Program-made: the position numbers and the translations under genes
Assembly: GCA_963422395.1 (NCBI GenBank)
Contig: OY729431.1
Location: forward strand, 2,432,001-2,496,000
Length of the DNA stretch: 64,000 nt
DNA from: Vicinamibacteria bacterium
GTDB taxonomy: Bacteria; Acidobacteriota; Vicinamibacteria; Marinacidobacterales; Marinacidobacteraceae
Reading direction: 5' to 3'
Shown: in pieces, positions 43,786 to 54,236 of the stretch
How the letters are laid out: each line of letters begins with the position of its first letter
How positions within the stretch are numbered: position 1 is the first letter of the stretch
Notes under the pieces: model-generated
What the model was told of the DNA's origin: nothing
The model's database searches: none
Seen by the model: only the letters and a program-made list of their open reading frames with translations

Positions 43786-44766
43786 ATGCCGCGAGCTATC
43801 CGGATCCAGCGATTCGGCGGCCCCGAGGTCCTGACCCTCGGGGAAGCCGCCGCGCCGCGTCCCAGCGCCGGGGAAGCGGCAGTCCGGGTGGAAGCCGCCG
43901 GGGTGAACTTCATTGACACCTACCACCGAACCGGGCTCTACCCCGTCGAAACTCCGTTCACTCCCGGCGTCGAGGGTGCCGGGGTGGTGGAAGCGGTCGG
44001 CGCTGGAGTCGCAAGCGTCTCTCCGGGGGACCGGGTGGGCTGGGTCCTGCAGCTGGGAAGCTACGCCGAACGGGCGGTGCTCCCCGCGGAGCGGCTCGTC
44101 ATCCTGCCCGCGGAAGTCACGACGGCTCAGGCCGCTGCCGCCCTGCTCCAGGGGATGACCGCCCACTACCTGGTCCGCTCCACCTTCCGGGTGCAGTCGG
44201 GGATGCCGGTGCTGGTCCACGCCGCCGCCGGAGGGATGGGCCTGCTGCTTTGCCAGATGTGCCGCGCGCTCGGTGCGCGGGTGTTCGGCACCGTCTCCAC
44301 CGAGGCGAAGGCGCGGGCGGCGCGGGCCGCGGGCGCCGATCTGGTGATCCGCTACACCGAGCAGGACTTCGCCGAAGTGGTCCGCGCCGCGCTGGACGAG
44401 CGGGACGAGGATGGGCTCGCGGTCGTTTACGACTCGGTGGGGGAGACGACCTGGGAGAAGAGCCTGGGCCTCCTGCGGCCGCGGGGGATGCTGGTGCTCT
44501 ACGGCCAGAGTTCGGGGCCGGTGCCCCCGATCGATCCCCTGCTTCTTTCGCGGGCGGGCTCGGTCTTCCTCACCCGTCCGACCCTCGGCGACTACGCCCG
44601 CACCCCGGACGAACTCCGGTGGCGGGCGGGCGAGGTGCTCGAGAGCGTGGCCGCCGGGAAGCTTCGGCTGACGATCGACCGTGAGCTTCCGCTCGCCTCC
44701 GCGGCGGAGGCGCACCGGCTGCTCGAAGGCCGGGCCACCAGCGGCAAGCTCCTCCTCCGCCCCTGA
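43786..44766 (+). CDS. qor: NADPH:quinone oxidoreductase (zeta-crystallin family)
   Basis: GVNFIDTYHRTGLY, QGMTAHYL, HAAAGGMG and YGQSSG. Confidence 0.9.
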   Translation: MPRAIRIQRFGGPEVLTLGEAAAPRPSAGEAAVRVEAAGVNFIDTYHRTGLYPVETPFTPGVEGAGVVEAVGAGVASVSPGDRVGWVLQLGSYAERAVLPAERLVILPAEVTTAQAAAALLQGMTAHYLVRSTFRVQSGMPVLVHAAAGGMGLLLCQMCRALGARVFGTVSTEAKARAARAAGADLVIRYTEQDFAEVVRAALDERDEDGLAVVYDSVGETTWEKSLGLLRPRGMLVLYGQSSGPVPPIDPLLLSRAGSVFLTRPTLGDYARTPDELRWRAGEVLESVAAGKLRLTIDRELPLASAAEAHRLLEGRATSGKLLLRP

Positions 44767-44855
44767 ATCGATCCGTGTCCCGACTATTGAACCTCCGACC
44801 CGAATCGGCGGCTCCACACCGTTCCGACCCTCGGCTGCGCTCTCATCACTCATTA

Positions 44856-44901
44856 CCCCCCCCCCTTAATGTGCGTATACGGTTATGTATGCATGCATAC
44901 A
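44856..44901. promoter_or_regulatory. AT-rich glmS promoter region with a C10 tract and a perfect 16-bp palindrome
   Basis: C10 at 44856-44865; TGTATGCATGCATACA at 44886-44901, 47 nt upstream of the glmS ATG. Confidence 0.55.
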
Positions 44902-44948
44902 CTCGGCGGGCGCCATAGACTCCGGACCCTGACCGGCTTCCGATCGAA

Positions 44949-46784
44949 ATGTGCGGGATCATCGGCTCGGCTTCACGGTCCAATGTGGCGCCGGACCTGA
45001 TCGCCGGCCTCCGCCGGCTGGAGTACCGCGGATACGACTCCGCCGGAATCTCCGTCGTGCAGGACGGCGGTATCACGACGATCAAGGAAGTCGGAAAGGT
45101 GGAACGGCTCGTGAGCCGCATCCCCACCGGCTTCAAAGCCGGCATGGGAATCGCCCACACGCGCTGGGCCACCCAGGGGAGAGTGACCCGGGCCAACGCG
45201 CATCCTCACAACTGCGGCCGGGTTTCCCTGGTCCACAACGGGATCGTGGAGAACTACGACGAACTCGCGGCGCAGTACCGGATCTCCGGGAGGGAGTACC
45301 GCTCGGAGACCGATTCCGAACTTCTCGCCGTCATGATCGAGGCATTCCTCGACCGCGGCTGGGACGCGGACCGTGCACTTCAGGAGGTCTTCGCCAAGGT
45401 CGATGGGCAAAACGGCATGTGCGTCCTCGTCTGGGACGGCGAACGCCACGAAATCCTGGCCATCTCGCACAAGTTCCTGGTCGCGGGAAGAGACCGAACC
45501 CGCAGCCGCTTCTTCGTGTCTTCCGACTCCTGGTCACTGGCCCCGCTCTGCGCGGAGACCAGTTTCGTGGAGCCGGAGACGCTGCTGGTGATCACCCCCG
45601 AGGGAATCCGAGTCTCCGAAGGCGACCGCCGTTCGCCTCACGACTCCGGCTACCGCGTCCGGGAACTGACCGCCGAAGAGGACGCCGCAGACTCCGGCGA
45701 AATCTGTCACATGCGCCAGGAGATCCTGTCGCAGCCCAAAATCGCGCGGAGCATCGTCGAACAGCTGCTCGCCTCCGCCGGGGGCGAGGGCGACCACTAC
45801 CGCACCACCCTTTCCCTCGCGCAGGCGACCGGCGGCATCCATTCGGTTTCCTGCGGCAGCAGTTACTACGCGTCGCTCCTCGGCCGGTACTGGTTCGAGC
45901 GGCTCGCCGGGATTCCCTTCAAGCCGGAGATCGCCAGCGAGTTCGTCTTCAATCCGAGCATCCTCCGGGAAAAGAGTGCGCTCCTCTCCATCTCCCAATC
46001 CGGCGAAACCGCCGACACCCTGGCCGCCATCCGAAGCGCGCGGCGCGGCTACGAAGCCTCGGTGAGCCTCTGCAATACCAAAGACAGCTCGATAGCGCGC
46101 CAGTCGGACCATTCCATCCTCCTCGGCGCCGGCCGGGAGATCAGCGTCGCCGCGACGAAGACCTTCACCGCGCAGCTGCTGCACCTGTTCTACCTGGCGC
46201 ATTCGCTGCGAACCCTGCGCTCGTCCGGCGATCCGGACTCCGACGAGCTACTGCAGGTTCTCCGGGAGGAGCTGCTCCGCATTCCCGACCGGATGCGCGA
46301 GGTGATCGAAGCCGAAGAGCGAATCCTCGAAATAGCGGACGAGATCTCCGACACGAAGAACATGCTCTTCATCGCCCGCGGCATCCTGCTGCCCATCGCG
46401 CTCGAAGGCGCCCTCAAACTGAAGGAGACCTCCTACATCCACGCCGAAGCACACGCCGGGGGCGAGCTGAAACACGGCTCGCTGGCTCTGGTGGATCCGG
46501 AGACTCCGGTCATCGCGCTCGCGAGCAGCGGATCCATCACCGAGAAGATCAAGGCGAACATCCGCGAGATTCGCGCCCGCAACGGCCGGGTCTTCCTGTT
46601 CTGCGACGAAACACTGCTATCGGACCCGGCCGTCCGAACGGTGCTCCTGCCGAAAACCCACTACCTGCTGAGTCCGATGGTGGCGGTGGTGGCGGTGCAG
46701 CTGCTCGCCTACTACTCCGCCACGATTCGAGGGATCGATCCGGACCGGCCCCGGAATCTCGCCAAGTCGGTCACCGTCGAATAG
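44949..46784 (+). CDS. glmS: Glutamine--fructose-6-phosphate aminotransferase
   Basis: MCGI N-terminus, LEYRGYDSAG, HTRWAT, HNGIVEN, SQSGETADT and PRNLAKSVTVE C-terminus. Confidence 0.97.
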   Translation: MCGIIGSASRSNVAPDLIAGLRRLEYRGYDSAGISVVQDGGITTIKEVGKVERLVSRIPTGFKAGMGIAHTRWATQGRVTRANAHPHNCGRVSLVHNGIVENYDELAAQYRISGREYRSETDSELLAVMIEAFLDRGWDADRALQEVFAKVDGQNGMCVLVWDGERHEILAISHKFLVAGRDRTRSRFFVSSDSWSLAPLCAETSFVEPETLLVITPEGIRVSEGDRRSPHDSGYRVRELTAEEDAADSGEICHMRQEILSQPKIARSIVEQLLASAGGEGDHYRTTLSLAQATGGIHSVSCGSSYYASLLGRYWFERLAGIPFKPEIASEFVFNPSILREKSALLSISQSGETADTLAAIRSARRGYEASVSLCNTKDSSIARQSDHSILLGAGREISVAATKTFTAQLLHLFYLAHSLRTLRSSGDPDSDELLQVLREELLRIPDRMREVIEAEERILEIADEISDTKNMLFIARGILLPIALEGALKLKETSYIHAEAHAGGELKHGSLALVDPETPVIALASSGSITEKIKANIREIRARNGRVFLFCDETLLSDPAVRTVLLPKTHYLLSPMVAVVAVQLLAYYSATIRGIDPDRPRNLAKSVTVE

Positions 46785-46795
46785 CACCGCGATCC

Positions 46796-48358
46796 ATGCC
46801 CGCCGGGATGCGAACGACCCTCGCCGCCGCGGCCCTGCTCTGCAGCGGCGCCGCGGCGGGGCAGCCGCTGGACCGGGAGATGGTGGCGAAGATCCGAGAG
46901 GAAGGGCTCCACCGATCGCAGCTGCCCGAGACGCTCTCCTACCTGACCGATGTGCTCGGCGCCCGGCTGACGAACTCGGCGGCGATGGAACGGGCACAGC
47001 GATGGGCGGTCGCGGAGATGACCCGCATCGGACTGCAGCAGGTGGTCCGCGAGCCGTTCATGGACTATGGCGCGAGCTGGGACAACGAGTACTTCTCGCT
47101 CCACCTGACCGCACCGGATTACCAACCGCTCGTGGGCTACCCCATCGCCCACACCCCGGGGACCGGCGGCCTTCGGGAACTCGAGGTCGCCATCGCCGAT
47201 GTGCGCTCGCGGAGCGACCTCGAGAGCCTGCGCGGACGGCTCCGGGGGATGGCAGTGCTCGCAACCCCGCCCGCCGCAGTGGACCGCGCCCGTTTCGCCT
47301 TCGGGACCCCGGAACGCAGCGACGAGGAGCTGCGGCGCCTCGCTGGGGAGGTGGTCCCGCCGGGAACGGTCAGCCCGATCTTCGAGAGTCCCTTCGCCGA
47401 CCCGCCGGAGAATCCGGAACTGCTTACTCCGGAGGAACGGCTCGATTTCTATCTCGAGGAAGGAGCCGCCGCGGTGCTCGAATCGAGAAGCGGCTGGCCG
47501 GGCGCGGTACGGGGCTTCGCCCGGCCGGGCGCCAAGAAGGACGGCTGGGACCGGGAGGCGACTCTCGCCTCGCTACCGATCGTCGCCGTGACCCCGGAGC
47601 ACTACAACCGCATGTACCGGATCTTGCGCCGCGGTCTTCCGGTGACCATCGAATTGGAGGTGCAGAACCGGCACGGAGAGGCTGCTACCGAGGCTAAGAA
47701 TGTGCTCGGCGAGATCCCGGGGACCGACCTGGCTGCCGAGCTCGTCATGATCGGCGCGCACTTCGACACCTGGCACGCCAGCCCGAACGCGAGCGACAAC
47801 ACTTCGGGGGCGGCGGTGATGCTGGAGGCGATGCGGATCCTGACCGCGGCCGCCGTCACGCCGCGTCGGACGATCCGGATAGCGCTCTGGTCCGGGGAAG
47901 AACAGGGCCTCTATGGGTCCCGCGCGTATGTGCGCGAACACTTCGGCGATCCGGGAGATCCGGAGGCGCCGGCCGGGCCCGACCGCGGCAACTTTTCGGT
48001 GTACTTCAACCAGGACTACGGGCCCGGCCGGTACCGCGGCATCTGGCTCCAGGGGAACGAGCATGTGCGCTCGATCTTCGAAGCGTGGATGGCGCCGTTC
48101 GAGGACTTCGGAATGACGACCCTGGCGCCCGGAAGCGTGGGGAGCACCGACCATGTGCCGTTCGACGACGCGGGGCTGCCGGGCTTCCAGTTCCTTCAGG
48201 CGCGGGTGGGCGGCACCGGAGGCCACACGAATCTCGATTTCCTGGACACTCTGCCCCTCGACGACCTGAAGAAGAACGCGGTGGTGGTGGCGGCCTTCGC
48301 GTACCACGCGGCGATGGCCGATCGGAAGCTGCCCCGCAAGGGCCCAAAACTCCCTTAG
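46796..48358 (+). CDS. Secreted M28-family metallopeptidase (carboxypeptidase Q-like)
   Basis: LTDVLGARLTNS, IGAHFDTWH, SDNTSG, WSGEEQG and STDHVPF. Confidence 0.85.
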   Translation: MPAGMRTTLAAAALLCSGAAAGQPLDREMVAKIREEGLHRSQLPETLSYLTDVLGARLTNSAAMERAQRWAVAEMTRIGLQQVVREPFMDYGASWDNEYFSLHLTAPDYQPLVGYPIAHTPGTGGLRELEVAIADVRSRSDLESLRGRLRGMAVLATPPAAVDRARFAFGTPERSDEELRRLAGEVVPPGTVSPIFESPFADPPENPELLTPEERLDFYLEEGAAAVLESRSGWPGAVRGFARPGAKKDGWDREATLASLPIVAVTPEHYNRMYRILRRGLPVTIELEVQNRHGEAATEAKNVLGEIPGTDLAAELVMIGAHFDTWHASPNASDNTSGAAVMLEAMRILTAAAVTPRRTIRIALWSGEEQGLYGSRAYVREHFGDPGDPEAPAGPDRGNFSVYFNQDYGPGRYRGIWLQGNEHVRSIFEAWMAPFEDFGMTTLAPGSVGSTDHVPFDDAGLPGFQFLQARVGGTGGHTNLDFLDTLPLDDLKKNAVVVAAFAYHAAMADRKLPRKGPKLP

Positions 48359-48470
48359 CAGCAGTCCGGCTCGCGGTCTCGCCGCTCCATCCCGGAAGCT
48401 CCTGCGCGGATTCTCCGACGCGGGGCGCCGGGGAGCAGAGGCGGTCAGGCCTCCCGATCAGGGATCCCCG

Positions 48471-49745
48471 TCAGGCCTCGCGGCGGTAGGCGCGGGCCAG
48501 CAGTTCCACCGGGTGAGTCACCTCGGCGGTGATGCCGGTGCGGCGGACGCCTTCGGCCAGCTGGAGCTGGCAGCCGATGTTGCCGGTAGCGATGCAGTCG
48601 GGGCGGGCCGGGGCGATTTCGGCCATCTTCCGGTCGAGGATCTCCATCGATGTCTCGTGCCTGCTGATGTTGTAGATCCCGGCAGAACCGCAGCAGCGCT
48701 CCGCATCGCGCACCGTGAGCAGCTCGACTCCGGGCAGGCTGGCGAGGATCCGGAGAGGCTCCTCGCGGACCTGCTGCGCATGGAAGAGATGGCAGGGCGC
48801 GTCGTACACCGTCCGCAGCGGCGCCTCCGCAGGCCCGGCCGCCGGCGGCTCGAATCCGCTCCGTTCGAGAAACGCGGAGACATCGGCGATCCGTGCGGCG
48901 AAGCCGGCAGCCCGCTCCTCTCCGGGAAGCAGCTCGCCGTATTCCGAGAGCGCCGCGCCGCAGCCGGCGGCGGTCGTGATCACCGGAATCCCATCCGGGA
49001 AGGCAGCGGCGTTCTGCCGGGCGAGCCCCCGAGCACGGTCGGGCAGGCCCGCGTGGAGATGGAGCGCACCGCAGCACCCCTGCCCGTCCGGTACCAGCAC
49101 CTCCCAGCCGTTTCGGGAGAGGACGAAGGCCGCGGCGAGAGTTGTCTGGGGCCGCAGATACGGGGCGACACAGCCGGTGAAGAGGGCCACCGTTCCGCGC
49201 CGCGACCGGCCGAAAGGCAGCGTGCGGCGGGGGAACCGCGCTCTCGCCGGAACCTCGGGCAGCAGGCGGATGCGCGCCGAAAGGCGCGGCGCCAGCCGAC
49301 GGAGCAGCCGCTGCGGCAGGCGGCGCCGGCCGAGCCGTTCCACAACGCGGACCAGTGCCATGACCGAGGCGAGCACGCGCGGGCGCGCCACGATCGTGGA
49401 GAGGGCGAAGCGCTTCGACAGACGGGCGAGGAGAGGCTCCACCCGCTCCGAGGTCAGCAGGCCGCGCACCCCCTCGACGATCGCCCCTACCTCGACTCCC
49501 GCCGGGCAGACCGTTTCGCAGCCGCGGCAGGCGAGGCATCCATACAGGTCTTCCGCGAGGCCGGCGGTCGGCGCCAGCCGGCCTTCGAGGAGGGCGCGGG
49601 CGTTGAACACCTGGCCGCGCGGAGCGAGCGATTCCCGGGGGGCGTTCTCGTAGGCCGGACACGCCGGAAGGCAGAGGCCGCAATGAACGCAAGCGAGGGT
49701 CTTCTCGTGGATCCGTCGTCTCTCGGCCGCGGCCTGAGCGGTCAT
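48471..49745 (-). CDS. glcF: Glycolate oxidase iron-sulfur subunit
   Basis: CVHCGLCLPACP and CLACRGCETVCP ferredoxin motifs; CCG domains. Confidence 0.85.
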   Translation of the reverse strand: MTAQAAAERRRIHEKTLACVHCGLCLPACPAYENAPRESLAPRGQVFNARALLEGRLAPTAGLAEDLYGCLACRGCETVCPAGVEVGAIVEGVRGLLTSERVEPLLARLSKRFALSTIVARPRVLASVMALVRVVERLGRRRLPQRLLRRLAPRLSARIRLLPEVPARARFPRRTLPFGRSRRGTVALFTGCVAPYLRPQTTLAAAFVLSRNGWEVLVPDGQGCCGALHLHAGLPDRARGLARQNAAAFPDGIPVITTAAGCGAALSEYGELLPGEERAAGFAARIADVSAFLERSGFEPPAAGPAEAPLRTVYDAPCHLFHAQQVREEPLRILASLPGVELLTVRDAERCCGSAGIYNISRHETSMEILDRKMAEIAPARPDCIATGNIGCQLQLAEGVRRTGITAEVTHPVELLARAYRREA

Positions 49746-49825
49746 ACGAAGCGAATCTACCAGCCCCCGCACTGGAACGGGGCGTCACCCGCCTGTGGAC
49801 GAAGCCGCATTGCCCGCCGCGCGCC

Positions 49826-51043
49826 TCACCGCGGCAGACGGCCGGGCGCGAGGATGTCCGCGGGATCGAGAGCGGCCTCGATCCGGCGCGAGAGGGCGCG
49901 GATCGCCGGCGGCGGCGGCGGATGGAAGACCGGGTTGGCGGATTTCCAGCCGGGCGGAGCAGTCTCGACGGCCAGCGAGACACCCGCTTCGACCGCAGCG
50001 AGAGCGGCCTGGAAGCGGTCCGCGGGGAGGCTCGCCAGCACTCGCGGCTGGTTGGGAAAGGCGAGGGAGGGACCGAACTCCGCCAGCCGCCAGGCGGCCC
50101 GCAGCAGCGGCTTCTTCGGACCGCGCACCACGAGGCCGAGAGCACCGGCGGCCTCCGGAACCTTCGGAGCGAAATCGCGGACTCCCTCCCAAAGGGCCGC
50201 CTCCCCGGCGTCCCCGAGCACCTGCGGCGCCTCGCCGACGGCCTCGGTGATCGCCGCGAGCGGCGCGGCGGCCTCCTCGACGAGACCCTCGAAGCGAGCG
50301 GCGAACCGGAACCCCCCGTCGTCCGGGAGGCCGGGAAGCCCGCTGCCCGGAGGGACGACGGCCGTCGCCGCCGCATACGGGGCGGCGGCCGCCGCCGCGA
50401 GGACGCGATCCGCGAACTGCTCGGCGGAATCTGCTGCGGGAAGCGCCGCCATCACGGTCTCGGACGCCTCGGGGCGCGCCCGCAGGCGGAGGGTGACCCG
50501 GGTGATCGCTCCCAGGGTTCCGAGGGAACCGGTGAAGAGTTTCGTCAGCTCGTAACCGGTCACATTCTTCACCACCCGGCCTCCCGATCGGATGCGGGAG
50601 CCGTCGCCCAGCACCGCCCGCATCCCGAGGAGGAGGTCCCGCGGACGGGCGCCGGGGACCGAGCGGAAACCGGGCTCTCCGGCGGCGATGACCCCGCCGA
50701 GCGTCGCCCGATTCGGGAGAGGAGGGTCGAGCGGCAGGAACTGACCGTGTCTCGCGAGCCCCCGATCCAGTTCGGCCACGGTGGTTCCCGCCCAGGCCTC
50801 GACGGTCAGGTCGCGGACATGGTGTTCGATGACCCCCGAGAGCCGGACGAGGCGGACCAGCAGGTCGGCGCGCTCCGGCGGCTGGCCGAGGCCGAGGCGG
50901 GTGCCGCCGCCACAGAAGATCACCGCCTCGTTCGCGCGGGATGCTTCGGCGAGAACGGCAGCGAGCTCGTCTTCGTCCGCCGGATCGCTCACCCGGCCGA
51001 CCCGCACTCCGTCCACCGCGAGCAGGCAGTCGTCTCGGCTCAA
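49826..51043 (-). CDS. glcE: Glycolate oxidase FAD-binding subunit
   Basis: ATLGG, GGRVVKNVTGYEL and GSLGTLG; lies between glcD and glcF. Confidence 0.82.
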   Translation of the reverse strand: MSRDDCLLAVDGVRVGRVSDPADEDELAAVLAEASRANEAVIFCGGGTRLGLGQPPERADLLVRLVRLSGVIEHHVRDLTVEAWAGTTVAELDRGLARHGQFLPLDPPLPNRATLGGVIAAGEPGFRSVPGARPRDLLLGMRAVLGDGSRIRSGGRVVKNVTGYELTKLFTGSLGTLGAITRVTLRLRARPEASETVMAALPAADSAEQFADRVLAAAAAAPYAAATAVVPPGSGLPGLPDDGGFRFAARFEGLVEEAAAPLAAITEAVGEAPQVLGDAGEAALWEGVRDFAPKVPEAAGALGLVVRGPKKPLLRAAWRLAEFGPSLAFPNQPRVLASLPADRFQAALAAVEAGVSLAVETAPPGWKSANPVFHPPPPPAIRALSRRIEAALDPADILAPGRLPR

Positions 51044-51047
51044 GGGA

Positions 51048-52508
51048 TCAGATCCATGCTCCCGGGACCGCCGCGACCCGGCCCGGCAACACCGCTGCGG
51101 CGGCCGGGGCCGCTTCGCCGCAGCCGGAGCGAACGGGGAAGATCTTGCCGGGATTGAGGAGTCCGCGGCGATTCCAACAGTCGCGGACCCGACGCATCGC
51201 CTCGATGTCGTCCTCCCCGAACATCAGGTCGAGGGCGTCACGCTTCTCGATCCCGATCCCGTGCTCCCCGGAAAGCGCGCCGCCGAGCCGGATACAGAGC
51301 GAAAGCAGCTCGTGGCTCGCCTGGAGCACCCGCGCGCGTTCCGCCGGGTCGCGCCCGTCGTAGGAGATGCACGGGTGGAGGTTTCCGTCCCCGGCGTGGA
51401 AGACATTGGCGATCCGCAGCCGGTAGCGCTTCCCGATCCGCTCCACCTCGGCGATCGCTTCGGGAAGCGCGGAACGGGGCACCACCCCGTCCTGGACATA
51501 CAGGTCGGTCGAAATGCGGCCCATGGCGCCGAATGCCCGTTTGCGGCCGAGCCAGAGCAGCTCGCGCTCCTCTGCAGTCTGCGCCGCCCGAATCTCGAGC
51601 GCGCCGCAGTTCCCCAGAATTCGCTCCACCTCGCCGCGCTGCCGGGCGACCGTCCGCTCCGCTCCGTCGAGCTCGAGGAGGAGCACCGCCCCGGCGTCCT
51701 GCGGGTACCCGGCGCCCACGCCGGCTTCCACCACCCGGATGGCGGCGGCGTCGAGCATCTCCATCGCCACCGGGACGACGCCGGCGGCGACGATCCGCGA
51801 GACCGCCTCGCAGGCCGGAACGAGGCCGACGAAGGGGGCGAGCAGCGTCTCCACCGTCTCCGGGAGCGGCAGCAGGCGCACCGTCGCCTCGGTGGCGATC
51901 CCCAGCGTGCCTTCGGAACCGACGAACAATCCGAGCAGGTCGTACCCCGCGGCGTCCCCGGATAGCTCCACTACCTCCCCGTCGTCGAGCACCACGGTGG
52001 CGGCGAGGATGTGCGAAGTGGTCGCGCCCAGCTTGAAGCAGTGGGGGCCGCCCGAGTTTTCGGCGATGTTGCCCCCGAGGGTGCAGGCCGACTGACTGGA
52101 CGGGTCGGGCGCGAAGAAGAGCCCGAAGGGCTCCGCCGCCCGCGAGATCTCGAGGTTCACCACCCCGGTCTGGCAGCGGGCGGTGCGCCCCTCCGGATCG
52201 AGATGCAGAATCCGGCGCATCGCCGCCAGCGAGATCACCACCCCGCCTTCGACCGGGGTCGCTCCGCCGGAAAGCCCGGTCCCCGCACCCCGGGCGGTGA
52301 ACGGGACTTCGGCGGCGGAACACGCCCGGACCACCGCCGCGACTTCGGCGGTGGAGCGGGGCAGCGCAACCGCGTGCGGAGCGTTCCGCCAGGCGGTGCT
52401 CCCGTCGCATTCGTAGGGGAGCGTGTGCTCCGGGCGCAGGAGAAATCCGTGCTCACCGAGCAGCGGGCGGAGTTCGCGGGCCAGCGCTTCCATCACCGAA
52501 TCCGGCAT
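51048..52508 (-). CDS. glcD: Glycolate oxidase subunit D (FAD-linked oxidase)
   Basis: RGAGTGLSGG, PDPSSQ, GSEGTLG, HAGDGNLHP and GEHGIG. Confidence 0.88.
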   Translation of the reverse strand: MPDSVMEALARELRPLLGEHGFLLRPEHTLPYECDGSTAWRNAPHAVALPRSTAEVAAVVRACSAAEVPFTARGAGTGLSGGATPVEGGVVISLAAMRRILHLDPEGRTARCQTGVVNLEISRAAEPFGLFFAPDPSSQSACTLGGNIAENSGGPHCFKLGATTSHILAATVVLDDGEVVELSGDAAGYDLLGLFVGSEGTLGIATEATVRLLPLPETVETLLAPFVGLVPACEAVSRIVAAGVVPVAMEMLDAAAIRVVEAGVGAGYPQDAGAVLLLELDGAERTVARQRGEVERILGNCGALEIRAAQTAEERELLWLGRKRAFGAMGRISTDLYVQDGVVPRSALPEAIAEVERIGKRYRLRIANVFHAGDGNLHPCISYDGRDPAERARVLQASHELLSLCIRLGGALSGEHGIGIEKRDALDLMFGEDDIEAMRRVRDCWNRRGLLNPGKIFPVRSGCGEAAPAAAAVLPGRVAAVPGAWI

Positions 52509-52672
52509 CGAAATCCGGGGAGTCGAAGCCGGACGCGACGAACCGCAGGCGCTTGGTATCCCGAACGCCCGACGGGAGCCGCGCTGGCCCGCACACGAGC
52601 CCCGAGGTCCGGAGCCGCCATGAATCCGGAGCCGATACACTCAGCCATGGATATGTTTTCGGGTCGCAGGTG

Positions 52673-52875
52673 ATGAAAATGCAAATGGTGCCTCTCTACT
52701 TCGGCTTCCAGCAACTCGGCGGCGGCGAAGGCTTCATCGCCGATGCATGGATGCGGGGCTGCGCCACCTGCATCGAAGAGTGGTCTGGATATGAGGAGTC
52801 AACCCCGGCGGTCTAGCTGAGAACGGCGAGGATATTAGGTCGGCTCAGCAGGCGCGGGACCCTTCTGGAGCCTGA
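52673..52875 (+). pseudogene. Degraded small gene remnant (frameshift plus in-frame stop)
   Basis: MQMVPLYFGFQQLGGGEGFIADAWMRG... continues in another frame as VWI*GVNPGGLAENGED; lower-GC patch. Confidence 0.3.
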
Positions 52876-52958
52876 TATAATCGGCTTCTTGCGTTCCGCG
52901 GCGGCGGGACCGTGTTCAGGGAGGTTTCCCGAAGGGGGATCCCCTCCGAAGGAGATCC

Positions 52959-53465
52959 ATGCCGAGCACCCTGGCCCGACCCATGGTCGACACCGCCTCC
53001 GAAACGCAACCGGAGGGGCAGGCGCTCCGGGGCGAGATGCGCATCCTGCACCGTACGCTGAAGCTGGTGACCGACTCCCGCGTCGAGCTCCACAACATCA
53101 GCGACCGGGTCCGCGACCAGGTGCGCGCCTCGGGGATTCGGGCCGGGTTTCTCATCCTCTCGACCCTCCACACCACGACCGCGCTCTTCCTCAACGAGTT
53201 CCAGGCCGCGCTGATGGCGGACCTCACCGAGGTCCTCGAACGGCTGGTGGCCCAGGACGCCGGCTACCTCCACAACTGCGAGGACTGCTCCGACTGCGAG
53301 CGGAAGAACGCCGACGCCCACCTCCGCGCGACCCTGCTCGGCCACAATGTGACCGTTCCGATCCAGGAGGGGGAAATCACCCTGGGGCAGTGGCAGAGCA
53401 TCCTCTTCGCGGAACTGGACGGCCCGCGCCAGCGCACCGTGAGCGTCCACCTCATCGGGATCTGA
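52959..53465 (+). CDS. yjbQ: YjbQ/UPF0047 family protein
   Basis: LHTTTALFLNE, NADAHLRATLLG and LGQWQSILFAELDGPR. Confidence 0.9.
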   Translation: MPSTLARPMVDTASETQPEGQALRGEMRILHRTLKLVTDSRVELHNISDRVRDQVRASGIRAGFLILSTLHTTTALFLNEFQAALMADLTEVLERLVAQDAGYLHNCEDCSDCERKNADAHLRATLLGHNVTVPIQEGEITLGQWQSILFAELDGPRQRTVSVHLIGI

Positions 53466-54208
53466 GCCAGTCCGACCCCGCCGCCGCGCCGGAGAGCAGC
53501 GGGCTGTCTCGCGCCGGCAGACCGCCGGCAGCGATCGTCACCGGAGCCAGTCGAGGGGTCGGGGAAGCGGCAGCGGTCCAGCTGGCGGCCCGGGGTTTCG
53601 CCGTCTCGCTCGCGGCCCGGCGGCCGATGGGGCTGGTAGCGGTGCACAACCGGATCCGCGCCGGCGGCGGTCACGCCTTCGTCCTGCCGACCGATGTCAC
53701 CGAGCCCGCCCGGGTGCAGGAACTGGTCGCGGAGACCGAGCGCCGGTTGGGTCCGATATCGCTGCTCGTGAACGCCGCCGGCACCGCGCATCGCGCGCCG
53801 GTCACCGCTACCAGCGACGCCGCCTTCGATCGCATGATCGGAGTCAATCTGCGCGGCGTCTTCCTCTGTACGCGCGCCGTGCTCGCCGGGATGACTCGTC
53901 GGCAGAGCGGACGGATCGTGAATCTGGCGGCAGTCGCCGGGCGAATCGGCGCGCCGCGGCTCGCGGCCTACTGCGCCTCCAAGTGGGGCGTCGTGGGGTT
54001 CACCAAGGCCTGCGCCGAGGAGCTCCGCCCGGCGGGCATCTCGGTCTTCGGCGTCTGCCCGGGATCGGTGGACACCGAGACCTACCGGACCGCGATGCCG
54101 GGGGCGAAGGCGAGGTCCACCGCCGCCGCAGTCGCCGAGGTCGTGGTCTGGCTCGGCAGCGAAGCGCCGGCAGCGATGACCGGCGCCATCGTGGACGCGC
54201 CGGGCTGA
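53462..54208 (+). CDS. Short-chain dehydrogenase/reductase
   Basis: VTGASRGVG, LVNAAG and YCASK (YxxxK); start codon uncertain. Confidence 0.85.
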   Translation: MSQSDPAAAPESSGLSRAGRPPAAIVTGASRGVGEAAAVQLAARGFAVSLAARRPMGLVAVHNRIRAGGGHAFVLPTDVTEPARVQELVAETERRLGPISLLVNAAGTAHRAPVTATSDAAFDRMIGVNLRGVFLCTRAVLAGMTRRQSGRIVNLAAVAGRIGAPRLAAYCASKWGVVGFTKACAEELRPAGISVFGVCPGSVDTETYRTAMPGAKARSTAAAVAEVVVWLGSEAPAAMTGAIVDAPG

Positions 54209-54236
54209 GCAGCGAGGGAGGGGCCGGTCGAGGCGG

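Noticed and set aside
44905-44948. glmS ribozyme
   Set aside because: Only a short GCGCC...GAC resemblance; the leader is too short for the P1-P4 structure.
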